A program made the position numbers and the translations under genes. Below, piece by piece: positions 1 to 8,039 of a stretch of 16,551 bases of DNA. Origin of the DNA: Candidatus Zixiibacteriota bacterium (GTDB taxonomy: Bacteria; Zixibacteria; MSB-5A5; GN15; FEB-12); contig JBGSIV010000270.1 of the NCBI GenBank assembly GCA_041742355.1, positions 1 to 16,551 on the forward strand. The letters are read 5' to 3'. Numbering within the stretch: position 1 is the stretch's first letter; each line of letters starts with the position of its first letter. The notes below the pieces were generated by a model. That model ran no database searches. It saw only the letters and a list, made by a program, of their open reading frames with translations, and was not told the origin of the DNA.

Positions 1-140
1 CGGTTCGCTACCGGCACATGTACGTCCGTGAGATCGACTTGACGACCCACCGGTCGGTGACCCTCTTGGTCCCGGCTGATCAACCAAGGATGTATACCAT
101 GTCCTGACACACAGTGTATACTATGTCTTGACACCGTACA
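1..140 (+). mobile_element. 3' end of IS481-family element (transposase C-terminal codons to TGA at 105-107, right inverted repeat 91-140)
   Basis: 1-140 is identical to 16412-16551 and ends in ...CCGTACA, the IS481-type TGT...ACA terminus. Confidence 0.93.
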
Positions 141-230
141 CCTTGTGTCGCCCCAATCACGCACGGATACACGAAGTGCATCCGTGGCACGAAGAAAATG
201 ACTTGGATCCCGGCTTTCACCGGGACGACA
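141..230. repeat. Cluster of REP-like palindromes right of the IS end
   Basis: Orphan right arm CCTTGTGTCGCCCC (141-154). Hairpin CACGGATACAC-gaa-GTGCATCCGTG (162-186). On the minus strand, TGTCGTCCCGGTGAAAGCCGGGATCCA (204-230). Confidence 0.65.
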
Positions 231-255
231 CAAACCCGACAATTGGCTACATTCC

Positions 256-1143
256 ATGAATCTCACCTTCCGCGAAAACTACTGGGACACCCCCGGCCTC
301 AAAGCCGAATTCAACCGCTACCTCTCGCAGCTCTTCAGCCTCGACCTCTCGCGATGGGACGAGGCCGGCTTCTGGGACAACAACTATCGCCCCTTCTCAT
401 TCTTCGACAACGACCGGCTGGTGGCCAATGTCTGCGTGTATTCGATGGACATGGTCGTGCAGGGAGAGCGGCAACGGGCCGCGCAGATCTCAGCGGTCGG
501 GACACTGCCGGAGTACCGTCGACAGGGACTCAGCACACAGCTCATGCACAAAGCGTTGGACTGGGCCCGCCCTGCGCACGATTTCTTCTTCCTTTTCGCC
601 GACGAAGAAGCGTTCTCGCTTTATCGTGCCTGCGGATTCCGCCCGGTCGATGAGTATGCCGCGCGTATATCGGTGACAGGTGAAATACCCCAAACTGGAG
701 CAAGAACAAAACCCGGCTTAGAGAGACTGGATATGGAGCACCGGGAGGATGTCGACCAGGTATTCCACATGGCTTGCGAGCGGACGCCGGTGAGCGACAC
801 GCTCGGAGTACTCAACGCAAAACTCCTCATGTTCTGGACCGTGTACGGCCTGCGCGATCACATCCACTATATCCCCGATCTCGACGTCCTCGTGATGTTC
901 AAGCGCGATGGCGGCCTGGTAAAGATATTCGACGTGGTGGGAAAGAAGGTTCCGACATTCGCCGAGCTGTTTCCCTATATCGGCGTCGAAACCGACGAGG
1001 TCTGCGAGTTCCGCTTTGTCCCGGACAAGCTGCAGGTGGGCGAAGTGGCGCACGTGCCCGTCGAAGGGAACGGCGCCCATGTCATGGGGACATTCCCACT
1101 CGACAGCATTCGGTTCATGTTCCCCTTCACCGCGCAGGCATAG
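256..1143 (+). CDS. GNAT-family N-acetyltransferase (295 aa, N-terminal GNAT fold plus C-terminal extension)
   Basis: Acetyl-CoA motif A 'ISAVGTLPEYRRQGLSTQLM' and motif B 'FLFADEEAFSLYRACGF'. Confidence 0.9.
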   Translation: MNLTFRENYWDTPGLKAEFNRYLSQLFSLDLSRWDEAGFWDNNYRPFSFFDNDRLVANVCVYSMDMVVQGERQRAAQISAVGTLPEYRRQGLSTQLMHKALDWARPAHDFFFLFADEEAFSLYRACGFRPVDEYAARISVTGEIPQTGARTKPGLERLDMEHREDVDQVFHMACERTPVSDTLGVLNAKLLMFWTVYGLRDHIHYIPDLDVLVMFKRDGGLVKIFDVVGKKVPTFAELFPYIGVETDEVCEFRFVPDKLQVGEVAHVPVEGNGAHVMGTFPLDSIRFMFPFTAQA

Positions 1144-1180
1144 GGTGTCACTGCGATCCGGGTGCTACAATCGATTTGAT

Positions 1181-1213
1181 AGGAAGAAGGCCCCGGTTTC
1201 CACCGAGGCCTCT
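1181..1213 (-). terminator. Intrinsic terminator between convergent genes, better formed on the minus strand
   Basis: Minus strand AGGCCTCGGT-ggaa-ACCGGGGCCT (one G-U pair) followed by TCTTCCT. Confidence 0.6.
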
Positions 1214-1241
1214 ATGTTCCAGTTGAGCACAATACGATAGC

Positions 1242-4200
1242 TCATTTCAGCAGCAGCATCTTCCTCGTCTCCACATGCTCACCGGCCTGGAAACGGTAAA
1301 GATAAAGGCCGGTCGAGAGCGGCTTGCCGGCATCGTCGGTGGCATCCCACTCGATATGGTGCGTCCCGGCTGACTTGGACTCGTTCACCAATGTCCTCAC
1401 TCTCTGACCAAGGATGTTGATCACCTCTATAGTCACGTGTGAGCGGGCCGGGAGGCTGTACTCGATCATCGTGACGGGATTGAAGGGATTCGGGAAGTTC
1501 TGGCTCAGCTCGAAACGGTAGGGAAGTGGATCCGCCGACGGATCGTCATCGATACCGAGGACTGCGGCCGTGGTGAACGCGGCGTAGACTCCGTCATCGG
1601 CAATCTGTCCGTACACCGTGTTCTGTGCGGTGTCGGGCTGACCGCCGACCTGTGTCCACTGCGATCCATCCCAGCGGAAGATCCGCAGGGATGATTCATC
1701 GCCGCGCAACCCGGCCGAGACCATCAGGTCGGCGTCGTCGTAGCGGATTAGCATTGTGGCGTTGGCGGCGGCGCCAGTCGGCATCACTGACACCGAGTGG
1801 ACCTCCCCGGCCTGCACCGCGTCGTCCGGAAGACCCGTGCGTAGCGGCGGATAGGAAGAGGAGACGACAAGCGCCCGATCGATCGCCGAGGCGCTGTCAA
1901 GAACAACCTCAACCGTGCCGTCCGGGCCAATGAGGTGGCGGCCGCTGTCGGAGACGACATAGTCGGCGGTGGCAGGAAAAACGTGAGCCGCGTCGTCAAT
2001 CCCCCACAGCAGGAACGAGCCGCGCCGGCCGAGCGTGTCAATCACGTCGGCTGCGTACGTCGCGCCGTCGACTGACATCGTATAGTTGATTGCCGTGCCG
2101 CCGTCGGGACGGACCTCAACCGACGGGAGAGAGGCAAAGGGCGTCTGGTAGGCCGCCGCGAAAGTTGTTACCTCGCTGGCGAGGCTCGGCTGGAAAATCA
2201 GCGGGTAGTCCCCCTGAACTGCTTGAGTCTCGATCAGCACGGTGTCCTCCTGCAGCGACAAAGCAAAGCGGTTGCCGAGGCGGCTGACACCGGTTGATCC
2301 GACCGTAGCCTCGCCATAGGACCAGGCGTAGCGCGAGGCGGACTTCTCCGTTCCGAGCGTGTCCACCCGGCCGACCACCAGCACCTGGTCGCCGTCCTCG
2401 GCGCCGAGCACGTAGATCAACCCGAGATCCGAGGCTCCTCCCTGCGGGATATCGCGCAGGGTCAGACCGAACCCTCCCTTGCGCAGGGACACGTCGATCC
2501 CGGCGGCTGGCAGACCGGACAGGGCATCCGTGACCTGCAGGTTCAGGGTCTTCACCTCCGGCGATGGTGGCATCGGCGTCACCGGAAAGATCACCTGTCG
2601 TCCGACGTTGTAGTCGAGGAACAGGGTATCGTCGACATAGTCATTGGGCCCCTCGAGGTAATCATCGCCGGGGTACAACTCCCGTTCGTCGTCATCGGGG
2701 GTGATGATGCACGAGAGGATATCATCAGCCCCGTAGCGACGCTCGAAGCGGGCCTCGAACTGATCCCAGCAGCAGCGATGGTTGTTCGTATACTGCTCGG
2801 TATTGCGGCAGGCGGCGTCGGTGTAGCGGAACGAACTTGAGAGCTCGCTGGCGTACACTCCGCCGTCGGCATACTGGTAATCCATGAACCCGTAGTTGCC
2901 GATCAGGGGACAGCGCTCGCCGGCGCTGAACAGGTATTCGTCGTAGTAGCCGAGGGCGTAATGGCCGAGTTCATGGGCTGTCGTGCGATACACAGTGGAA
3001 TACTCGAGCACCAGCGGGTGCTCATCGTAGCTGAAATTGCGGCAATCCTGCTCGTTGCCGAACCACCGCCGGGGAAGCATGATTGTCTTCGGCGCGGGGT
3101 CGTCGATCCCCCTGACGAACGCACACGGGTGGAGATCGTTCTTGGCGTGGATCCAGACGTCAGCCTGATCCCACAAATACCTGTCATCATATATGACAAC
3201 CGTGTCGAGCCGAAGCTGGCCGTCGGTGACGTCGTAGAGGTAATTGCTCATGCGCCGGAACGACTCCTGGAGGCCCTCAAGGTAGGCCTGGTCGGCGTCC
3301 CAATCGAGAGATACAAGCAAGTTGTAGCGGACCTCGGTGTGAGTGAGGTGGATGTCTTGCTCCGATTCATCGGTGAGGGTATCGAAGCTCACGGTGGAAA
3401 ACGAATCGATCGCCATGTTATCGAGGTGGAGGGAGTACATGGTGCCGAGGACACCGGTGTGCTTGACCGCGGCGGAGTTATCGAGGACGCGTGCGATCTT
3501 GACAGCTTCGCCGACAGCAAGTGTGTCCTTATCGCCATTGTAGAGAGCGACTTCATAAGTGGAGGAGGTGACAAACGACATCGCGAATCGGCCGTTGCCG
3601 TCGGTCGTGATGCGGCCGAGGGTATCCTCGGTGAAGACTGGGCGATCGTCGGCGACACGGATGAGGTCGAACTGCTTGTGGGCGAGGGAATCGCCCCAGT
3701 GGTCGCGGATTACCAGCTCTTTGGTGGTGCTGAACTTGCGCAGTGCCTTATAGTAGTAGTAGTACAAGTTGCCCGAAGTGTCGGCGTAGAGAAAATCGCC
3801 AATGTTATAGCCGGGATTGAAGGTCCACCGCTCATTCCCGCCGCGATCATACGATCGAACGAGGTTGGAATTGTCCTTGAGCAGGAGGTTCCCATCGCGA
3901 TCGACGCCGATGGCTCCCCAGCCCAGGTCGCGAGTCCAAAGCACTGAACCAGTGGCGCAGTCCACCAATTGCACCGCCATTGCGTCTGTATGTTCGTCAA
4001 CAAGGACGATGGTGTAAAGGTAACCCCCGTAGTCAAAGAGAAATCGGTCACCACTGACGATCTCACCGGGGAAACTGATGTTCCACTGACCGTATTGGGA
4101 AAGATGAGTCCAGTAGGGAGGTGGAGACGCGTACTGCTTAATCGCTGTCATCAAGTCGCCGTCTCGGCTGGTGAAGAGGTCGACACTGAAGAATGCGTTG

Positions 4201-5051
4201 TCGGTGGCGGCCAGAAAGGTGCTCCCCGAGAACGCACCACCGGAGGTGTAACGGCGCAGGTACCAGTCAGCGCGATACCCGATTGGCGAGCCGCGGTAAT
4301 CCGTGAAGCATGAGTCGAGGCAGCCCCCGCAGAAGTCGTTGCAGCAAAGGTAACCCAACCCGGTGCTCACGTTCACATAGCCATCCTGAGAAGCCTGTAC
4401 CTCGTAGATGAAGCTCGACTGCCAGGGAGGAAGTTCAATTCGGTCAATTTCAGTGGGCTCCCCGGTAGCGGCAACGAGCCGGTGGAGCACAGCCTGACTC
4501 AAGGTGCCGAAACCGTCAGTCGAGTCGGGGCAGATACTGTCGACTGTTGACTCGGAAATGCCGATCCAGAGGTTTCCGAGGTGGTCGACTGCGCACCTGG
4601 GGTCATTCCATCCGAAAGAATTCGGGGATGGAGCCGTAAGGCTGCGGCTCCAGATCGGCGATCCGGCGGCGCTCAACTTCATTGCGGCGAGCCAGGTTGT
4701 CCAGCCTCCTTCCCGCTCATGGTGCCCGGCGATATAAAGGTCACCATTGGCAGTTCGAGTGAAGAAATCGAGAACCAAGCCGGAATCGGCCGCAACAGTC
4801 TGCCAATCCACAGTCGAATCCGAGCGCAGTTTGGTAATCCTTGTCTCTGTGAGGCCCGGGAGAATCGACAGGATGTATGTGTTCCCGGAGTCATCGACAA
4901 TAATCGGCTTGAGCGTGTACGAGTACGGCAGATATCCAAGAGTAGTTGGGTCATAGGTCCACTCCCGGGTAAGCTGGGCGTTGGCCGGGACAGCCGGAAA
5001 GAGGCAGCCGCAGAGAACGGCAATACTGAGGATGGCGGTTCTGATTCGCAT
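1242..5051 (-). CDS. Large secreted protein (~1269 aa): signal peptide, beta-propeller-like N-region, CLCA-like HExxH Zn-metalloprotease domain, beta-sandwich region, C-terminal FlgD-Ig/T9SS-type sorting domain
   Basis: ATG at 5051 (MRIRTAIL...ANA|Q) with AGGA upstream, preferred over TTG at 5066. D-x-x-G-N and 'W' blade repeats. Motif HELGHYALGYYDEY. C-terminus 'FELSQNFPNPFNPVTMIEYSLP...GLYLYRFQAG...KMLLLK'. Confidence 0.85.
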   Translation of the reverse strand: MRIRTAILSIAVLCGCLFPAVPANAQLTREWTYDPTTLGYLPYSYTLKPIIVDDSGNTYILSILPGLTETRITKLRSDSTVDWQTVAADSGLVLDFFTRTANGDLYIAGHHEREGGWTTWLAAMKLSAAGSPIWSRSLTAPSPNSFGWNDPRCAVDHLGNLWIGISESTVDSICPDSTDGFGTLSQAVLHRLVAATGEPTEIDRIELPPWQSSFIYEVQASQDGYVNVSTGLGYLCCNDFCGGCLDSCFTDYRGSPIGYRADWYLRRYTSGGAFSGSTFLAATDNAFFSVDLFTSRDGDLMTAIKQYASPPPYWTHLSQYGQWNISFPGEIVSGDRFLFDYGGYLYTIVLVDEHTDAMAVQLVDCATGSVLWTRDLGWGAIGVDRDGNLLLKDNSNLVRSYDRGGNERWTFNPGYNIGDFLYADTSGNLYYYYYKALRKFSTTKELVIRDHWGDSLAHKQFDLIRVADDRPVFTEDTLGRITTDGNGRFAMSFVTSSTYEVALYNGDKDTLAVGEAVKIARVLDNSAAVKHTGVLGTMYSLHLDNMAIDSFSTVSFDTLTDESEQDIHLTHTEVRYNLLVSLDWDADQAYLEGLQESFRRMSNYLYDVTDGQLRLDTVVIYDDRYLWDQADVWIHAKNDLHPCAFVRGIDDPAPKTIMLPRRWFGNEQDCRNFSYDEHPLVLEYSTVYRTTAHELGHYALGYYDEYLFSAGERCPLIGNYGFMDYQYADGGVYASELSSSFRYTDAACRNTEQYTNNHRCCWDQFEARFERRYGADDILSCIITPDDDERELYPGDDYLEGPNDYVDDTLFLDYNVGRQVIFPVTPMPPSPEVKTLNLQVTDALSGLPAAGIDVSLRKGGFGLTLRDIPQGGASDLGLIYVLGAEDGDQVLVVGRVDTLGTEKSASRYAWSYGEATVGSTGVSRLGNRFALSLQEDTVLIETQAVQGDYPLIFQPSLASEVTTFAAAYQTPFASLPSVEVRPDGGTAINYTMSVDGATYAADVIDTLGRRGSFLLWGIDDAAHVFPATADYVVSDSGRHLIGPDGTVEVVLDSASAIDRALVVSSSYPPLRTGLPDDAVQAGEVHSVSVMPTGAAANATMLIRYDDADLMVSAGLRGDESSLRIFRWDGSQWTQVGGQPDTAQNTVYGQIADDGVYAAFTTAAVLGIDDDPSADPLPYRFELSQNFPNPFNPVTMIEYSLPARSHVTIEVINILGQRVRTLVNESKSAGTHHIEWDATDDAGKPLSTGLYLYRFQAGEHVETRKMLLLK

Positions 5052-5087
5052 GTGACAGTCCTGCAATTAAGACGACGGTTCTGCCAT

Positions 5088-5115
5088 AACATACAAACCC
5101 GGATGGATCTGTCAA
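5088..5115 (-). promoter_or_regulatory. Putative sigma70-type promoter of the large secreted protein gene
   Basis: Minus strand TTGACA (5115-5110), 16 nt spacer, TATGTT (5093-5088). Confidence 0.5.
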
Positions 5116-5183
5116 CCATTAGATCAATTATGGTGGCAGGCCGCCACGCCTCCCCCCGGGCGGCGGACAGCAGAAACGGGAGA

Positions 5184-5210
5184 GGGCAGGAGCACGACCT
5201 TCTCCTGCCC
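5184..5210 (-). terminator. Hairpin downstream of the lipoprotein gene (terminator or REP-related)
   Basis: GGGCAGGAG-N9-CTCCTGCCC, a perfect 9-bp stem, followed on the minus strand by a pyrimidine-rich tail TCTCCCGTTTC. Confidence 0.45.
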
Positions 5211-5243
5211 GTGGAAGACCCTTTGTCCGATGACCGCGCCTTC

Positions 5244-5993
5244 TCAGCGATAGCCGACACCGAAACAGAAGTCAACGAGGCAGATGTCGTCGCTGTCGGC
5301 GTCTTCATAGCAGGCCACCTTCGAGATGGGGATGTTGGAGACGACACCCATGAAGACCGGCGTTTCGCTATAGGGCCATGCCGTGTGGTCGAACTCCTCT
5401 ATCTCCACCATATCGAGTGAGCCCTGCGCATAGACAACGATTCGCTCGGAGGGGTGCCTCACGTTTGAGCCCACGTACGTGCCAACAGCATACACCTGGG
5501 CGTTGTTGCGGAAACTCTCGACGCTGATGTTGAACGCATCCCAGTAGCAGTTGCCCACATCTCCGATGCTTAGCGAATTCCAGATCATCGGGCTGAATTC
5601 ATCGTCGTCGAAGGTTAGGGGGTAATCGCAATGAATGTCCTCGGTCCAGAATGCGAACTGAAAGTCATAACCCGTGTTTTCGGAAGTGAAGGTGAGGAGA
5701 TGGGTTGCCAGATGCGTATTGACGCCGAGTGTCCAGCCCCAGTTTTCCTCGGCGAGATTGATATTGGGTACGGTGGTGTTGAAGACTTTGATCACGGTGC
5801 TGTCGGCAACAGCCGCGACGGCGGCCTGCCACTCGTCGAAATCGTTGAAGACCTGAACCACCGTATCGATTGGCGTAACGGGCGTTCCCCCGGTCGGGCC
5901 ATCGTCGTTGCCGCAGCTCAGCAGGACTGTTCCCACCGCAGCAAACATGCCAAGGCATCCAAGCCAAAGCAACAGCAGGTACCTGGATTTCAT
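5244..5993 (-). CDS. Hypothetical lipoprotein (249 aa), acidic and beta-rich
   Basis: N-terminal MKSR, hydrophobic stretch, lipobox LLSC, then a low-complexity linker GNDDGPTGGTPVTP. Confidence 0.75.
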   Translation of the reverse strand: MKSRYLLLLWLGCLGMFAAVGTVLLSCGNDDGPTGGTPVTPIDTVVQVFNDFDEWQAAVAAVADSTVIKVFNTTVPNINLAEENWGWTLGVNTHLATHLLTFTSENTGYDFQFAFWTEDIHCDYPLTFDDDEFSPMIWNSLSIGDVGNCYWDAFNISVESFRNNAQVYAVGTYVGSNVRHPSERIVVYAQGSLDMVEIEEFDHTAWPYSETPVFMGVVSNIPISKVACYEDADSDDICLVDFCFGVGYR

Positions 5994-6060
5994 GACACGA
6001 CCCCACTATAAGGTTTAGGCGTGTTGTTTCTTGTCACACGAGAATGAATGTGTCTATAGA

Positions 6061-6089
6061 AGTATAACTTCCGTGGACAGGGCTGTCAA
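6061..6089 (-). promoter_or_regulatory. Near-consensus sigma70 promoter for the lipoprotein gene
   Basis: Minus strand TTGACA (6089-6084), 17 nt spacer, TATACT (6066-6061). Confidence 0.65.
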
Positions 6090-6180
6090 TCATAGTCTGA
6101 AAGAGTCAGTGGAGATATGAGCCGCAGGTATATGATCACGAACCCGGCTATCGCACGCACCCAAAGTCAAATGCGTCGGC

Positions 6181-6648
6181 CTACAATCGTTCCAGGCGGA
6201 TCCGATTCGCTTTCGGCACCTGGTTCTCGATTACGCCCCCCTCGCGAAGCAGGCCGCAGCCGAGCGGCCTCTCCTCCCACGCGACCATGACGAAACCAAG
6301 CTTCGCTTCGCCGATCTGATCCGGCGCGAGCGTGATATCCCCTCCGGCGCAGTAGACGACCACCTGGTCCTTCTGGAGATGCACGATATTCCTCACCACG
6401 TGCCGCCCGAACATCTGGAAGAAGCTCGTGGCTGGCTTGATCGTATCGCCGGCGCGGGCAATGAGCACGCCGCCGGTGTCAGTACGATCGAGCGGAAACA
6501 CCGTCTTCGGGCCGAGGAAGACCTTTTGGCGCGCCGATTCCGAAAGGTACAGCTCCCACGGATCGAGCAGCGCGACATCAAACCCGAAACGCTCGCTCAG
6601 GTAGCCGAGCACGCGACGGCGGATACCTTCAGGGCAGAGATTCAGCAT
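6181..6648 (-). CDS. RsmF C-terminal-like / PUA-type RNA-binding protein (155 aa)
   Basis: 'YLSERFGF', 'IKPATSFFQ', 'YCAGGDI', 'GFVMVAWEERPLGCG...IENQVPK' resemble the RsmF C-terminal domains. The start overlaps the upstream methyltransferase stop (ATGCTGA). Confidence 0.75.
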   Translation of the reverse strand: MLNLCPEGIRRRVLGYLSERFGFDVALLDPWELYLSESARQKVFLGPKTVFPLDRTDTGGVLIARAGDTIKPATSFFQMFGRHVVRNIVHLQKDQVVVYCAGGDITLAPDQIGEAKLGFVMVAWEERPLGCGLLREGGVIENQVPKANRIRLERL

Positions 6649-7559
6649 GGCGACACCTTCGCGACAAAGAAACCGTCGGTATCATTATGGTGCGGCCAGA
6701 CGCGGCCGCAATGGACCACCTCGGGGGAGAACTCCCGCCCATTCCACTGTGTCACCCCCGGCGAGAACCGGAACTCCTCGAGCGCAACCGGCACGACCCG
6801 AGCCGAACGGTTGCGCAGCAAGTAATCGACAACCCCTTCATTCTCCTCGGGAGCGATCGAGCAGGTGGAGTAGACCAGCGTGCCGCCGGGGTTCAACATG
6901 TCGAATGAGCGAAGGATCAAATCCATCTGCCTCTCGGCGTATCCGAGGGAAACATCAAGCTTCCAGCTATCGATCAGCTTCGGGCTCTTGCGGACTGTGC
7001 CGCTGGACGAACACGGGGCATCGAGCATGATGACATCGAACGTGCTCCTCGGAAAACGGTGCAGCTCGTAGTTAGTGATGATCGTGTTGATCGCGCCGAA
7101 CTTGTGCACGTTGAACTGCAGCGCGCGGATCCTCCCGTAGCTCCGGTCGTTGGCGACAATTGTCCCGCGGTTGTGCATGATCGCCGCCGCCTGCGTGGTT
7201 TTCGAACCGGGCGCGGCACACGCATCCAACACCACCTGTGCAGCACGCAGCTCCTCGGCGATCACCAGTGGCGGAATCATCGAAGCCGCTTCGCCGATGT
7301 ATATCGTCCCGAGGAAGCGCTCGATCGTGGCCGAAAGAGCATCGGCGCCGTCGACCGCAAACCCCTCGGGATACCACGGCAGCGCGGTCAGCGACAACCC
7401 CATCGACTGGAAATGCTCCACCGTTTCTTCGATAGTAGCTTTGATCGTGTTCACCCGGAACGTGTTCCGCGGCGGACGCACGAGGGCCGCCGTGAAGGCG
7501 TCGTAATCATCGACAATCTCACGGTAACGGCAAGCAAAGCTGTCCACTCGGTCGGTCAT
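6642..7559 (-). CDS. RsmB/NOP2/RsmF-family RNA (cytosine-C5)-methyltransferase, catalytic core only (305 aa)
   Basis: Motifs 'FRVNTIK', 'VLDACAAPGSKTTQ', 'LDAPCSSSG' (motif IV Cys), 'LVYSTCS..PEENEGVV' (motif VI Cys) and 'RVWPH..DTDGFFVA'. Confidence 0.93.
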   Translation of the reverse strand: MTDRVDSFACRYREIVDDYDAFTAALVRPPRNTFRVNTIKATIEETVEHFQSMGLSLTALPWYPEGFAVDGADALSATIERFLGTIYIGEAASMIPPLVIAEELRAAQVVLDACAAPGSKTTQAAAIMHNRGTIVANDRSYGRIRALQFNVHKFGAINTIITNYELHRFPRSTFDVIMLDAPCSSSGTVRKSPKLIDSWKLDVSLGYAERQMDLILRSFDMLNPGGTLVYSTCSIAPEENEGVVDYLLRNRSARVVPVALEEFRFSPGVTQWNGREFSPEVVHCGRVWPHHNDTDGFFVAKVSPC

Positions 7560-7645
7560 CAGGGGAAGGAACGGTTTCAGGCTCGATTGGTCAACAGGCG
7601 GATTACCATTTGACGGGGATTGTCGGTTTTACTTGAGGCCCGGTG

Positions 7646-7665
7646 CCCCAACGCTTGCGTTGGGG
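7646..7665. repeat. Perfect palindrome, REP-like
   Basis: CCCCAACGC-TT-GCGTTGGGG. It has the same GC-TT-GC centre as 7684-7702 (degenerate) and 15186-15203. Confidence 0.6.
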
Positions 7666-7731
7666 GGAGATTCGGACTGGCCGCCCACCGCTTGCTGTGT
7701 GGTCATTCGGATGAGCGGATAAGATCGACCC

Positions 7732-7821
7732 CGAGTAGGTTAGGAGCGAGTAGTGCAGGAGCGAGTAGGGTAGGAGCGAGTATTGCAGGAGCGAGTAGGG
7801 TAGGATCGAGTAGTGCAGGAG
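7732..7821 (+). repeat. Tandem repeat of six 15-bp units alternating between two types (three 30-bp superunits)
   Basis: CGAGTAGGTTAGGAG / CGAGTAGTGCAGGAG / CGAGTAGGGTAGGAG / CGAGTATTGCAGGAG / CGAGTAGGGTAGGAT / CGAGTAGTGCAGGAG. Confidence 0.92.
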
Positions 7822-7998
7822 TCACCAGGCTCCTGCCATTGACTTGCACAAACCTCTGGACACTGTCATCCCTGCGAAAGGGCCTGTTGAAAAAGTCTAT
7901 GACCAGTCATTGCGAGCGCAGCGAAGCAATCTCTCCTGTGAGTCGGTCCCGAGGAGTAGGTCGGGTTCCGAGGGACCGTAAGTCCCGAGAAACCCGAC
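7810..7998 (+). repeat. Cluster of REP-like elements
   Basis: GTAG-TGCAGGAGTC-acca-GGCTCCTGCC (7810-7837). Truncated TGTCATCCCTGCGAAAG (7864-7880). GTCATTGCGAGCGCAGCGAAGCAATCTC (7906-7933). GTAG-GTCGGGTT..GGGAC-cgtaa-GTCCC..AACCCGAC (7956-7998). Confidence 0.7.
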
Positions 7999-8039
7999 TT
8001 GATAACTGCTTCCCTCGCGACCTCCGATCGCGAACCAGA

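Noticed and set aside
3751..3764. (TAG)n microsatellite encoding YYYYY as a phase-variation tract
   Set aside because: It is a short in-frame triplet run, so slippage would not shift the frame.
7732..7821. Possible CRISPR array
   Set aside because: The units are 15 bp and contiguous with no unique spacers, and there are no cas genes.
7591..7890. 9-bp inverted repeat TCAACAGGC / GCCTGTTGA as MITE ends
   Set aside because: The match is short, faces the wrong way for the suspected element end and has no flanking duplication.
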